DNA of 42,610 nucleotides from Candidatus Sysuiplasma jiujiangense (lineage in GTDB: Archaea > Thermoplasmatota > Thermoplasmata > Sysuiplasmatales > Sysuiplasmataceae): NCBI GenBank assembly GCA_019721075.1, contig JAHEAD010000017.1, positions 1 to 42,610 of the forward strand, written 5' to 3'. The position numbers and the translations under genes were made by a program. Of this stretch, positions 9,041 through 17,348 are shown in pieces; the first letter of the stretch is position 1, and each line of letters starts with the position of its first letter. Below the pieces are notes generated by a model. That model worked only from the letters and a program-made list of their open reading frames with translations. It did not search any database and had not been told where the DNA came from.

Positions 9041-9991
9041 TCATGCTCCGCCGAGCATCTGAACCACGGAGTCGGAAACATTGCCGCCGGAAATTATCAG
9101 TGCGACGGACAGGGCACCTTCCGGCAGAGAGGTACGGTACCTGAGCAGCGCCGCGACGGTCGAAGCGCTCGCCGGCTCCATCAGGATTCTGGAATTGACC
9201 CACATCTCCCTGACGGCCGACAGTATCTCTTCGTCAGAAACCAGAAGAATTCGTCTCACCCTTTTTGAAAGTATTGAAACATTCATTTTCCCGGGCGTGG
9301 TTACAGCTATACCGTCTGCGACGGTTGCAGAAGGCGAAACCACCGGTTTTCCCTCTTTCAGCGACTCATACATAGATCGGGAGTTTTCGGACTGAACCCC
9401 TATCACCTCTGTTCCTGGAACACCGTCATATGAAAGGGCAATACCGGATATCAGGCCGCCGCCGCCCACGGGGCTCAGGACAAAATCGCAGCGCTGACCT
9501 GACTGCATTTCGAGACCGATTGTTCCCTGGCCGGCTATAATCTCCGGATCGTCGAAAGGCGGTATCATCCGCAGCCCCCGCGATGAGCTGATCTCCCTCG
9601 CCTTTGCCATCCGCTCGTCCGAGCTGGTTCCGCAAAAAACGACCTCTGCCCCGTAGGAACTGATTATCTTCAGCTTTGACCGGTTGACATTCTCCGGCAG
9701 CACTATTGTCGCCTTTTTGTTAAGCCGCCTCGCCATGTATGCAACGGCCATCCCGTGATTGCCTGAGGATGCTGTTATTACGCCATCCTCCCGGACGCGC
9801 AGCATCTTGTTTGCCGTCCCCCTGATTTTGAATGAACGGACTGGCTGGAATGTTTCCATCTTCAGGTACACATCGGTCCGGGTCTTCGATGAAAGATAGT
9901 AATCGTATTGCAGCGGTGTCCTGACGCAATAGCCGTATATCACACGGCCTGCATCAATGACGTTCTTCCGGCTCAACTCGCCCGCGGACAT
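9041..9991 (-). CDS. PLP-dependent threonine/serine ammonia-lyase (dehydratase) without ACT domain
   Basis: KME..Q...SFKIRG (PLP Lys), ASSGNHG, PFDD..IIAGQGT, PVGGGGLISG, ISGGN; start is ATG9991 or TTG10012 (overlapping the nadE stop). Confidence 0.9.
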   Translation of the reverse strand: MSAGELSRKNVIDAGRVIYGYCVRTPLQYDYYLSSKTRTDVYLKMETFQPVRSFKIRGTANKMLRVREDGVITASSGNHGMAVAYMARRLNKKATIVLPENVNRSKLKIISSYGAEVVFCGTSSDERMAKAREISSSRGLRMIPPFDDPEIIAGQGTIGLEMQSGQRCDFVLSPVGGGGLISGIALSYDGVPGTEVIGVQSENSRSMYESLKEGKPVVSPSATVADGIAVTTPGKMNVSILSKRVRRILLVSDEEILSAVREMWVNSRILMEPASASTVAALLRYRTSLPEGALSVALIISGGNVSDSVVQMLGGA

Positions 9992-10008
9992 ATCAGCACA
10001 CTGTCCTT

Positions 10009-10806
10009 TCAAACATACCAGTCCACTCCTATGGTCCTTATACCGATCTTCGGAACGGGAGCAGCCCTGCGCTTATGATAGCTGGATTTTACCATAGCGG
10101 AGACGCGTTCTACAACAGCAATGTCCTCGCCGGTGAGAGATGCAATCTGTTCCTCCCGGTATCCCGTCTCCATGCAGAACAGTATCCTGTCCAGCTGATC
10201 GTAGGTAAGACCCATCTCCTCTTCATCCGTCTGCCCCTCCCAGAGGCCTGCCGTCGGTTTCTTGTCGAGGAAGGCATGCGGAAGATGGAGTGCTTCAGCG
10301 AGCTGGCGTACCTCAGTTTTGTACAGGTCGCCTATCGGAAGCAAATCTGCGGCACCGTCCCCGTACTTTGTAAAATAGCCTGTAAGCAGCTCACTCTTGT
10401 TTCCTGTTCCGGCAACGAGCAGCCTGTGGCTGTTTGCATAGCCGTAGAGGAAAATCATCCTTGTCCTTGCCTTGATGTTTCCGATGTACTTCACGCCCGT
10501 GATGCCTGCCGTGCCTGCGATGATACCCACTGCAGGCGATATCACCATTCGCCTTACCGCTGCTCCCAGGGATTGTGCATATTCCCTGGCATCGTTCTCG
10601 TCCGCCGATGTCTCCTCCCTGTCCGGAAGGAGCAGGCCCGTGACTGCCTTTGCACCAACAGCGTCGGCGCAGAGCCTGAGTGTCAGTGCGGAATCGATGC
10701 CGCCGCTCAGACCTATCACCATTCCCTTTGCACCGCTCTCCTCGAACTCCTGCCTTATGAATGATATGATTGCATCGTATGAATAGTCCCTTAATTCAAT
10801 TTTCAC
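10009..10806 (-). CDS. nadE: NH3-dependent NAD+ synthetase
   Basis: GLSGGIDS, GNIKARTRM, GTGNKSE..GYFTKYGDG, LYKTEV, PTAGLWEGQTDEEE, HKR; no glutaminase domain. Confidence 0.96.
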   Translation of the reverse strand: MKIELRDYSYDAIISFIRQEFEESGAKGMVIGLSGGIDSALTLRLCADAVGAKAVTGLLLPDREETSADENDAREYAQSLGAAVRRMVISPAVGIIAGTAGITGVKYIGNIKARTRMIFLYGYANSHRLLVAGTGNKSELLTGYFTKYGDGAADLLPIGDLYKTEVRQLAEALHLPHAFLDKKPTAGLWEGQTDEEEMGLTYDQLDRILFCMETGYREEQIASLTGEDIAVVERVSAMVKSSYHKRRAAPVPKIGIRTIGVDWYV

Positions 10807-10916
10807 GCGGCGCGATATGTTGAGTCAATATGTAAAATTGTCGAAACAGCGGCATGTGCCGGGCACAATCTTAACAACGGGAACCGATGAACCTGAGGAA
10901 AACAAATCAATCACGA

Positions 10917-10924
10917 TTAAATAG
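10917..10924 (+). promoter_or_regulatory. TATA box of tRNA-Ser
   Basis: TTAAATAG about 25 nt upstream of the mature 5' end; the same GATTAAAT core lies upstream of tRNA-Gln on the minus strand (about 8339-8346). Confidence 0.55.
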
Positions 10925-10948
10925 AGTTTGCAGATTACAAGGCAGTCA

Positions 10949-11047
10949 GCCGAGGTGGCCCAGCCCGGTAAGGCGCGAGCCTGGAGAGTCATTCACCGAC
11001 AGCTCGTGTCGCTCTGCGACTCGGGAGTTCAAATCTCCCCCTCGGCG
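10949..11047 (+). tRNA. tRNA-Ser(GGA) with a 14-nt intron at about 10987-11000
   Basis: Acceptor GCCGAGG/CCTCGGC with discriminator G; anticodon stem CGAGC/GCTCG encloses 21 nt (7-nt loop plus 14-nt intron); long variable arm GTCGC-TCT-GCGAC; T-arm GGGAG-TTCAAAT-CTCCC. Confidence 0.92.
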
Positions 11048-11066
11048 TACCGGTTTCCCGGCTGTT

Positions 11067-11612
11067 TCATCTCGCGCCGCTGATGCTGATTTCATGTTTT
11101 GCGGCTATGGCAGCCGAGGCAGGCTTGAACTGCTTTTCGTCCAGCCTGTAATGCCTCCATCCGTCCAGTGCCTGCGCACCCATTCCGTCATAGAAGGAAA
11201 TCGCTGGCTCGTTCCAGTTGAGCACCATCCACTCGATTCTTCCGCATCCCTTTTTCGCTGCAATGTCTATGATCTTCAGGAACATCCTGGAGCCCACTCC
11301 GCTTCTCCTTTCATCCGCTGAGACAAATATGTCCTCCACGTACAGTGTGGGCCGCGCAAGGAATGTGGAATATGTCATGAAATAAACGCAGTAACCTACA
11401 GCCTCCTCCCCCCTGAATGCCATCAGCAGGCTGTATCTGCGATTCTTGCCGAAACCGTCCCTGACCAGTTTCCTGGTCTCACTCACACCTGGAGGCTCAA
11501 GTTTTTCGTAGGCTGCCAGTTCCCTGACAAGATGGACAAAATACCTGGCATCCGACTTTCTGGCACTCCTCACGACGAGTTTTTCGTTCGATTTCAGTTT
11601 ACCACTTTCCAC
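11067..11612 (-). CDS. GNAT N-acetyltransferase (diamine/spermidine acetyltransferase-like)
   Basis: RELAAYEK, YSTFLARPTLYVEDIFV, RRSGVG acetyl-CoA motif, IEWMVLNWNEPAISFY. Confidence 0.9.
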   Translation of the reverse strand: MESGKLKSNEKLVVRSARKSDARYFVHLVRELAAYEKLEPPGVSETRKLVRDGFGKNRRYSLLMAFRGEEAVGYCVYFMTYSTFLARPTLYVEDIFVSADERRSGVGSRMFLKIIDIAAKKGCGRIEWMVLNWNEPAISFYDGMGAQALDGWRHYRLDEKQFKPASAAIAAKHEISISGAR

Positions 11613-11658
11613 CGTTCAGAACGCGCAGTATTGATCAGGAACAGCGGCATCAGGAGCG

Positions 11659-11973
11659 TCAGCCGTAATGATATGCTATACCCTTTCCGCCTTCCGGATA
11701 GCTCCACCGTATTGCACCTTTTCCGATGTGTCTGCACACTATGACGCATGCACCAAGCTCCATGCACCCTTCCGGATTGTAGACAAGTTTTCCATTTTCA
11801 TCCAGTTTGTAGACCTTTGCGGGACAAACGTAGAGGCACGGTTTCGGCACGCACTTCTCACATATCGCGGTATCCACCCGTATGAAATCGTTGTTGCCGA
11901 AATCATACGAATCGAGGCCCGTCCTGTCCTCAACGGAAAGCGCCCGTTCCTCCTCAGCCTTTTCACCGCCCAT
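11659..11973 (-). CDS. FixX-like ferredoxin
   Basis: CEKC...PCLYVCPAKVY, GCMELGACVIVC and the C-terminal W.YP.GG.G..Y..G typical of FixX. Confidence 0.85.
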   Translation of the reverse strand: MGGEKAEEERALSVEDRTGLDSYDFGNNDFIRVDTAICEKCVPKPCLYVCPAKVYKLDENGKLVYNPEGCMELGACVIVCRHIGKGAIRWSYPEGGKGIAYHYG

Positions 11974-12034
11974 CTGTGAAACACCCGCGCCAGAGCATTC
12001 TGATTCTCCAGAAACAACTGATTATTTAAAACTG

Positions 12035-12700
12035 TCAGAGTCTCCTCAGGCGATACGCCGCAAGCAGTGTTGCGACAACCGTCCAGGACATGAGTTTCTC
12101 GTCCGCAATGGATATCATGCCTGCCGTGCATTCCGATACATCTGACAGAAAGCCGCCATGCGGGAAGCCTCCGACAATCAGAGTCATGTCATTGTACTGT
12201 CCGAGGAATGAAAGTGAATAATCAGCCTTGCCCTCCTCGCTGAATGCAATTGCCGGCGGACCAAGTTCGCGAACAAGATCTCCCAGCGTCTGCCGCGACG
12301 AGGATGCAAGCCGCTGCCCGGAAGGCGAAACAAGTTCACCTTTCGAAAGAAGGTCTTCCATCAGTCCGGTGAACCTGCTGTAGTTCCTTGGAAGACGAAT
12401 CTCCGGATCAAATCTCAGTACGATATTGTTTCTGGTATGCACTAACACCCTCAGTCCGTTCTTTGCACTGTTGACCGGCGAGTCCATTGCAAGAAGCAGG
12501 CAGAAGTGGACGATGTCCGGCCTTCCCCTCCTGCCTGCGTCCTGAAGAGAGTTCATCGCGGAATGATGTAGACTGGAGTCCAGCAAACACTCCTCTGCCC
12601 TTTTTCTCTTCTTCGAAGAAGTGGCGCGAACAGACGGGTGGCCTGCCAGTTTCTGTGGAATGAGTTCGAGTTCCGCGTCCGCAATAACGATATTAATCAT
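12035..12700 (-). CDS. nep1: 16S rRNA pseudouridine N1-methyltransferase Nep1/Emg1 (SPOUT)
   Basis: ELELIP, LLDSSLHH.AM, RGRPDIVH..LL.A.DSP.N, R.PRNY.RF.GLME.L, VGGFPHG. Confidence 0.93.
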   Translation of the reverse strand: MINIVIADAELELIPQKLAGHPSVRATSSKKRKRAEECLLDSSLHHSAMNSLQDAGRRGRPDIVHFCLLLAMDSPVNSAKNGLRVLVHTRNNIVLRFDPEIRLPRNYSRFTGLMEDLLSKGELVSPSGQRLASSSRQTLGDLVRELGPPAIAFSEEGKADYSLSFLGQYNDMTLIVGGFPHGGFLSDVSECTAGMISIADEKLMSWTVVATLLAAYRLRRL

Positions 12701-12749
12701 GTTCCTGTCTTTTCCTGTCCTCCCGTCCGTTCGTGCGCTGCGATATTAA

Positions 12750-13820
12750 TCAGGAAACTATCTCCAGCAGTCTCCCCTTCTCAAATCCGAGCTTGATCTC
12801 CTGCGCTATCCTTCTTCCGGTGGAGAGGCCAGGCTCAATCATTTCAGAATACGGCGAGCCGGCGACAAAGGGATTTGTTCCTGCCACAATCCTGGATGAG
12901 ATTTCGAACACCTTGATTTCCAGCTTGTCTGTGACTATCGTCTCGAGGGCGAACGGACCAATCAGCCCGCCAAAAAGCTCCTTGGAGCGGTTGATTGTCG
13001 CTTCCCCCATTTCAAACACCTTCGGAAGCAGGCTCTCGCGCACGACAATCGAATAGTTTCCGGTGACCACAAAAGTGGGAAAGAATCCGAGACGCTTCAG
13101 CTCCTCCACGGAACCCAGCTTATAAAGTTCGTCTATGTTTGCCTCATCCCTCCGGTCGATGGAAAGCATTTCGAGCGATCCGCCGGATTTGACCCTGTAG
13201 CCCTCATCCCTGAGCGGTGAATAGAAGTAATGGAAGTAATAACGCGTTCCCAGCACGTACTCCTGGATTGTGTACTGTTTGCTGTAGTCTATACCCATTT
13301 TGAATTCCATGTAGTCCTTTGCGATGAATGCACCCCTGCCGCCCTTGGCCCCGGAGTATTTGACAAGGACCGGTCTGTCTATATTTCTGGCATCCTTGAT
13401 CTCTTCAGGCATTGAGATGCCTGCGGATGTCAGCCATTTCCTCTGTGTTGAACGGTCCGATTCCCATTTCAGAACCTCCCGGTTTCCGAAGCTCGGAACA
13501 TTGAATCTGCTGAAATTATCGGCACCCATGTACTCCACAAAAGAGCCATGAGGGACGATTATTGCGTTGCGGGAGACAAGCTCGTCTTCCAGATCCTTTA
13601 TGTCGGCATAGCTCTTTACCTTAAGAAACTCATCCGGCTTTGCAAGTGGAAATGCATCATAAAAGCGTATATCCCTGTCAACGGCTATGCCTATTGTCCT
13701 GAGCCCTTCCTTCCTTGCACCATGAAATATCTGAAGGGAGGAATGCGAACACAGTGTTGCTACCGAAACATCCTTCGGGCTGTAGCCTTCGACAATCTTC
13801 TTTATTTTCGGGGAGACCAT
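12750..13820 (-). CDS. purP: Formate-dependent FAICAR synthetase family (ATP-grasp)
   Basis: ATLCSHSSLQI, PHGSFVEY, GAKGGRG, IQEYVLG, RESLLPKV, GPFALET, FEISSRIVAGTN, GRRIA.EIK; TTTAAAG about 22 nt upstream suggests a leaderless mRNA. Confidence 0.92.
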   Translation of the reverse strand: MVSPKIKKIVEGYSPKDVSVATLCSHSSLQIFHGARKEGLRTIGIAVDRDIRFYDAFPLAKPDEFLKVKSYADIKDLEDELVSRNAIIVPHGSFVEYMGADNFSRFNVPSFGNREVLKWESDRSTQRKWLTSAGISMPEEIKDARNIDRPVLVKYSGAKGGRGAFIAKDYMEFKMGIDYSKQYTIQEYVLGTRYYFHYFYSPLRDEGYRVKSGGSLEMLSIDRRDEANIDELYKLGSVEELKRLGFFPTFVVTGNYSIVVRESLLPKVFEMGEATINRSKELFGGLIGPFALETIVTDKLEIKVFEISSRIVAGTNPFVAGSPYSEMIEPGLSTGRRIAQEIKLGFEKGRLLEIVS

Positions 13821-14305
13821 ACGATTATATTCATAGGATAGCTTTAAACATTTCCTTGTCGCTCATTTCCACGCCGTTTCAGGATGACGGGAGTTTAAAA
13901 AACAGAGCGTTAAAGACCGGATAGTGCAGAACCGGTTCGTTCCCCAATCAGTGCAGAAATGAAAATGCGGACTCCCCGATTTGGGAACAGCTGCTGAGAT
14001 TGGTCTGACTGATGCAGAACTGCATTTATGGCGTTGGCAAAATGACTGATCAAAAGTTTGTGCTATATTTATCGGCAAATCATACTCCACTATTATCTCA
14101 ACGGAAAATATCAGATGCGTTTCAAACTCCATCGCCTTCCAGAATTCAGCGAAGGAGCCATTGTTTGAACATGCGACAGAGCGGGGATTTGGAATACAAA
14201 CAGGTTACAGGATTGCTTCAAAACAGAAAGTCAGCAGACATAACACTGTCAGAAGTTTCAATTGGGCAGACAGCCTGCCACGCAAAGCATCTGAACTTAG
14301 GCAAC

Positions 14306-14854
14306 TCACTTCAGCTGCTGCCTGCACATAGTCCCTATCCATGTCATAGCCGGAGGCTCGACATCCTGCTGCCAGAGAGCACCAATTATTTCACCGAGAT
14401 GATGCGCCTCTTCCAATGTTGTCTGCATGAGTGCGTCTGAAAGAACATAATCTCCACGCATCCAGAATGCATGGACAGGCCTAGACATGTCCTTCTCCCT
14501 GAGACTGTCAATGAAAGTGCCGACTGATGACCACACATGTCTCGAGTAGACGCCGAAATCGCGCCAGTCTTCCGGATGGCGTCGCCTGTCGCTGAAAAGC
14601 TTGTCCAGCTCACTGTCCGAGTTCCGTCCCTGGAGGATGTAACATATCCAGACCTCATGAACATTGAGAATGTGGATGAGCGTTTCAAACAGCGACCTGT
14701 GTCCTGTTTCCCTGTTCCTGATTGCCTCGTTCCAGCCGAGCCGGCGAATACGCCGGACGTAACGTTCGAACACGCGCCGGTTGTACTCGAACAGGCGGCG
14801 TGACTGTTCCGGAGACAGTAAAGTGTTTTTTGCACCTCTGGCTTTTCGCTGCAT
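14306..14854 (-). CDS. DinB/YfiT family protein
   Basis: S...TL.HI.NVHEVW and EEAHHLGEI metal-binding His pattern of the DinB four-helix bundle. Confidence 0.85.
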   Translation of the reverse strand: MQRKARGAKNTLLSPEQSRRLFEYNRRVFERYVRRIRRLGWNEAIRNRETGHRSLFETLIHILNVHEVWICYILQGRNSDSELDKLFSDRRRHPEDWRDFGVYSRHVWSSVGTFIDSLREKDMSRPVHAFWMRGDYVLSDALMQTTLEEAHHLGEIIGALWQQDVEPPAMTWIGTMCRQQLK

Positions 14855-15038
14855 GGCAGGCGTCAGGCAATGCTGTGATTAAAAAATTGTTGAAGCCGGC
14901 TGTATGATATCACATCCTAAAGGCCGAGGATGTGTGGCAGGCAGCCTGCAGTTGTGTGCCGTCGTCCGCCTTTATCTGTAGAAGCACCGTAAAACCGTAA
15001 AGCGTCTTAAATACACAAAACCAATTCAGTTGCGAGAG

Positions 15039-15659
15039 ATGCGGATGCCGAACAGGTCGAAACCAAAGGATGAAGACTGGTTCAAAGCGCTGGAAGCGGA
15101 ACTTGACAGGGAAGCTTCTTCGATAAAGGATGATATCGTCGAACTCAACACACTGAAATCGGGCATAAACAGGGAAGTGCTGCAGGACTTCTGGAGGATC
15201 TGGCTGCGTTTCAACAAATCAAACATACACTTTTCACTGCAGCCGGAGTACAGCGAGTATCTGCGATTCACCGAATTTCCGGACAGCTGGTCCCTCAGGG
15301 ATGATTTCAGATATACATCTGTGAATGCGATCGAGCTCATTGACAGAACAAGCGACGAGGGGAGGATGGGTGACAGGCTCAAACTCTTCTATTACACACA
15401 GGACGGAAAGCACTATGTCAGGATGACATTCGAATACTTTGAGGGCGAACACTATTACAAATATTCAGGCTGGAAAAGACTGTTCGGGCAGTACGTGCTG
15501 TATGACGTTCCTGTGAAATCCTTCGACGCGAAGAAATTCCACGAAATAATCGGCGACATAGTAAAGTCATGGTTCGAATCGCACATGAGGAAGAGCAGGG
15601 ACAGTTTCCTGGAACATCTGAAAGCACACTATCCCGCCGGTAACTCGTACAGCGAATAG
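15039..15659 (+). CDS. Hypothetical protein (aromatic-rich, soluble)
   Basis: Coding-like ORF with TTAAATA at 15007-15013; co-oriented with RPA; no family recognised. Confidence 0.8.
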   Translation: MRMPNRSKPKDEDWFKALEAELDREASSIKDDIVELNTLKSGINREVLQDFWRIWLRFNKSNIHFSLQPEYSEYLRFTEFPDSWSLRDDFRYTSVNAIELIDRTSDEGRMGDRLKLFYYTQDGKHYVRMTFEYFEGEHYYKYSGWKRLFGQYVLYDVPVKSFDAKKFHEIIGDIVKSWFESHMRKSRDSFLEHLKAHYPAGNSYSE

Positions 15660-15729
15660 ATGCTTTCGGCCATCCTCCAGTCCCATTTAAATAACTAATT
15701 TGCCTTTTCAGCACAAAGGAGTGATTTGC

Positions 15730-17346
15730 GTGGAATCGGATATTGAAAAACATGTCGAAGACATGTACGGCGTGCTTGGCGGGAAGATTGAGAAGAATGT
15801 CCTGAGAAGCGACTTGGAACTTTATGTGAACCAGTACCGTGTCTCCATCCCCTCCGCGAAGAGAAGCATTGTGAAGAGATATGGGGGCGACCCTGATGCC
15901 CTTTCCGTCGGCGTCGAAAAGAGTATAGCTGAAATCGCAGCCGGCGAGAACGGCATAGACACCACCGGAAGGGTAGTTTATGCGGAGAAGAGGGAGATCG
16001 AAATAGACGGAAAAAAGAGAGTGCTTCTTTCCGGTATGCTTGAGGACGCCACGGGCGGCATACCGTTCACCATATGGGATTTTGCCGGTCCAGACATAGC
16101 GAGGGGCGATCTCATTTCAGTAAGGAACGCATATGCGACAGTTTACCGCGAGAGGCCGCAGCTCAATATTTCGTCCCGTTCCAGAGTATGGGTCAGGGAG
16201 AGGATAGAGCAGTGGACAAAAGAGCCGAAGAAAATTTCAGAAGTATCCGGAAATGAAATGGATGCCGCCTTTGTCGGCAAGATCGTTTCGTGGAATCAGA
16301 AGAGGATTGTAAGCAAGGGAAAGGAGATTGAGATTGGTTACGGACTCGTGGGAGACGAGACAAAAACCGTACGCTTCACTGCCTGGAAGGATTTCGGTCT
16401 TGCGAAGGGTGATGTCATAAGTGTTTCGGGCGCCTACACGCGCGAGAGGGAAGGAGAGGTCCAGATAAACCTGAGCGAAAGGACCGAAGTGCGGAAGATG
16501 GAGGGGCACGCCATACCCAGCGTTGCACGTTTCGGCGAGCCGAGAAAGTGCACCATTTCAGAGCTCAGGGACGGAATGGGCAACGTCACCGTCAGCGGCA
16601 GAGTTGTCAGGGTTGAGAAGAAGGAGATCATGCACAACGGACAGAGTGTCACAATGTTTTCCGGTCTCCTGGCGGACGGGACAGGCAAAATAGCATTCAC
16701 CGGCTGGAGGGAATTCGCATTCATCGGCGGACAGGATGTGCGCATTTCCGGCGCATATGTACGCGCGTGGAAGGGTATTCCTCAGCTCAAATTTGATGAA
16801 AAATCGGAAGTGACGGCTGCCGGGGAGGAGATAAAACTGCAGGAGGACGGCTCCGCTGCACAGGAAATAGGTGCCCTGGCGGAGAGGGGAGGTGCAATGG
16901 AGGTAAATGTGCGCTCCACTGTAATTGAGGTGAGGCAGGGAACTGGTCTTGTGTTCCGGTGCCCGCAGTGCGGCAGAACACTCAGGTCTGGAGAATGCAG
17001 GACGCACGGTGCGGTGCAGGGGATTCCAGACTTCCGGATAAGGCTGATAGTGGATGACGGTACCGGCTCAATGACAGTAAACATGCCCAGGGAAATATCG
17101 GAGAAGATTACCGGACTGACACTTGAGGAAGTGAGGAAGAGGGCCGAGGCGACGCTTAACCAGGATGCAGTCGTTGCAGATGTGTCCTCAAAGCTGCTCT
17201 TTTCAAGACTGAAACTCTCCGGAAACGTGTTTGCTGACGATTTCGGTCTGAGCATGTCGTGCAAATCTGCTGAGATGGACAGCGGTGAAATCAATGAGGA
17301 GGCGGCGGCCCTGTATCAGGGGGTGATACAATCACTGGGGATGTAA
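15730..17346 (+). CDS. rpa: Replication protein A large subunit (three OB folds plus a Zn-finger OB fold)
   Basis: Three repeats of G...D.TG.I.FT.W, then CPQC-x8-C-x2-H and IVDDGTGS; GTG15730 follows GGAGTG. Confidence 0.9.
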   Translation: MESDIEKHVEDMYGVLGGKIEKNVLRSDLELYVNQYRVSIPSAKRSIVKRYGGDPDALSVGVEKSIAEIAAGENGIDTTGRVVYAEKREIEIDGKKRVLLSGMLEDATGGIPFTIWDFAGPDIARGDLISVRNAYATVYRERPQLNISSRSRVWVRERIEQWTKEPKKISEVSGNEMDAAFVGKIVSWNQKRIVSKGKEIEIGYGLVGDETKTVRFTAWKDFGLAKGDVISVSGAYTREREGEVQINLSERTEVRKMEGHAIPSVARFGEPRKCTISELRDGMGNVTVSGRVVRVEKKEIMHNGQSVTMFSGLLADGTGKIAFTGWREFAFIGGQDVRISGAYVRAWKGIPQLKFDEKSEVTAAGEEIKLQEDGSAAQEIGALAERGGAMEVNVRSTVIEVRQGTGLVFRCPQCGRTLRSGECRTHGAVQGIPDFRIRLIVDDGTGSMTVNMPREISEKITGLTLEEVRKRAEATLNQDAVVADVSSKLLFSRLKLSGNVFADDFGLSMSCKSAEMDSGEINEEAAALYQGVIQSLGM

Positions 17347-17348
17347 GG

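Noticed and set aside
10981..11001. Alternative splicing register giving anticodon CGA
   Set aside because: Would place C at position 37, where a purine is essentially universal; GGA with a 37/38 intron is more parsimonious
11048..11973. Possible island at the 3' end of tRNA-Ser
   Set aside because: The GNAT and ferredoxin genes look host-like in composition, continue the purP-nep1 strand, and no att duplication is seen
14012..14440. 142-aa plus-strand ORF and 89-aa minus-strand ORF (13863-14132)
   Set aside because: No recognisable motifs, and the first overlaps the DinB gene; treated as non-coding (see finding on this gap)
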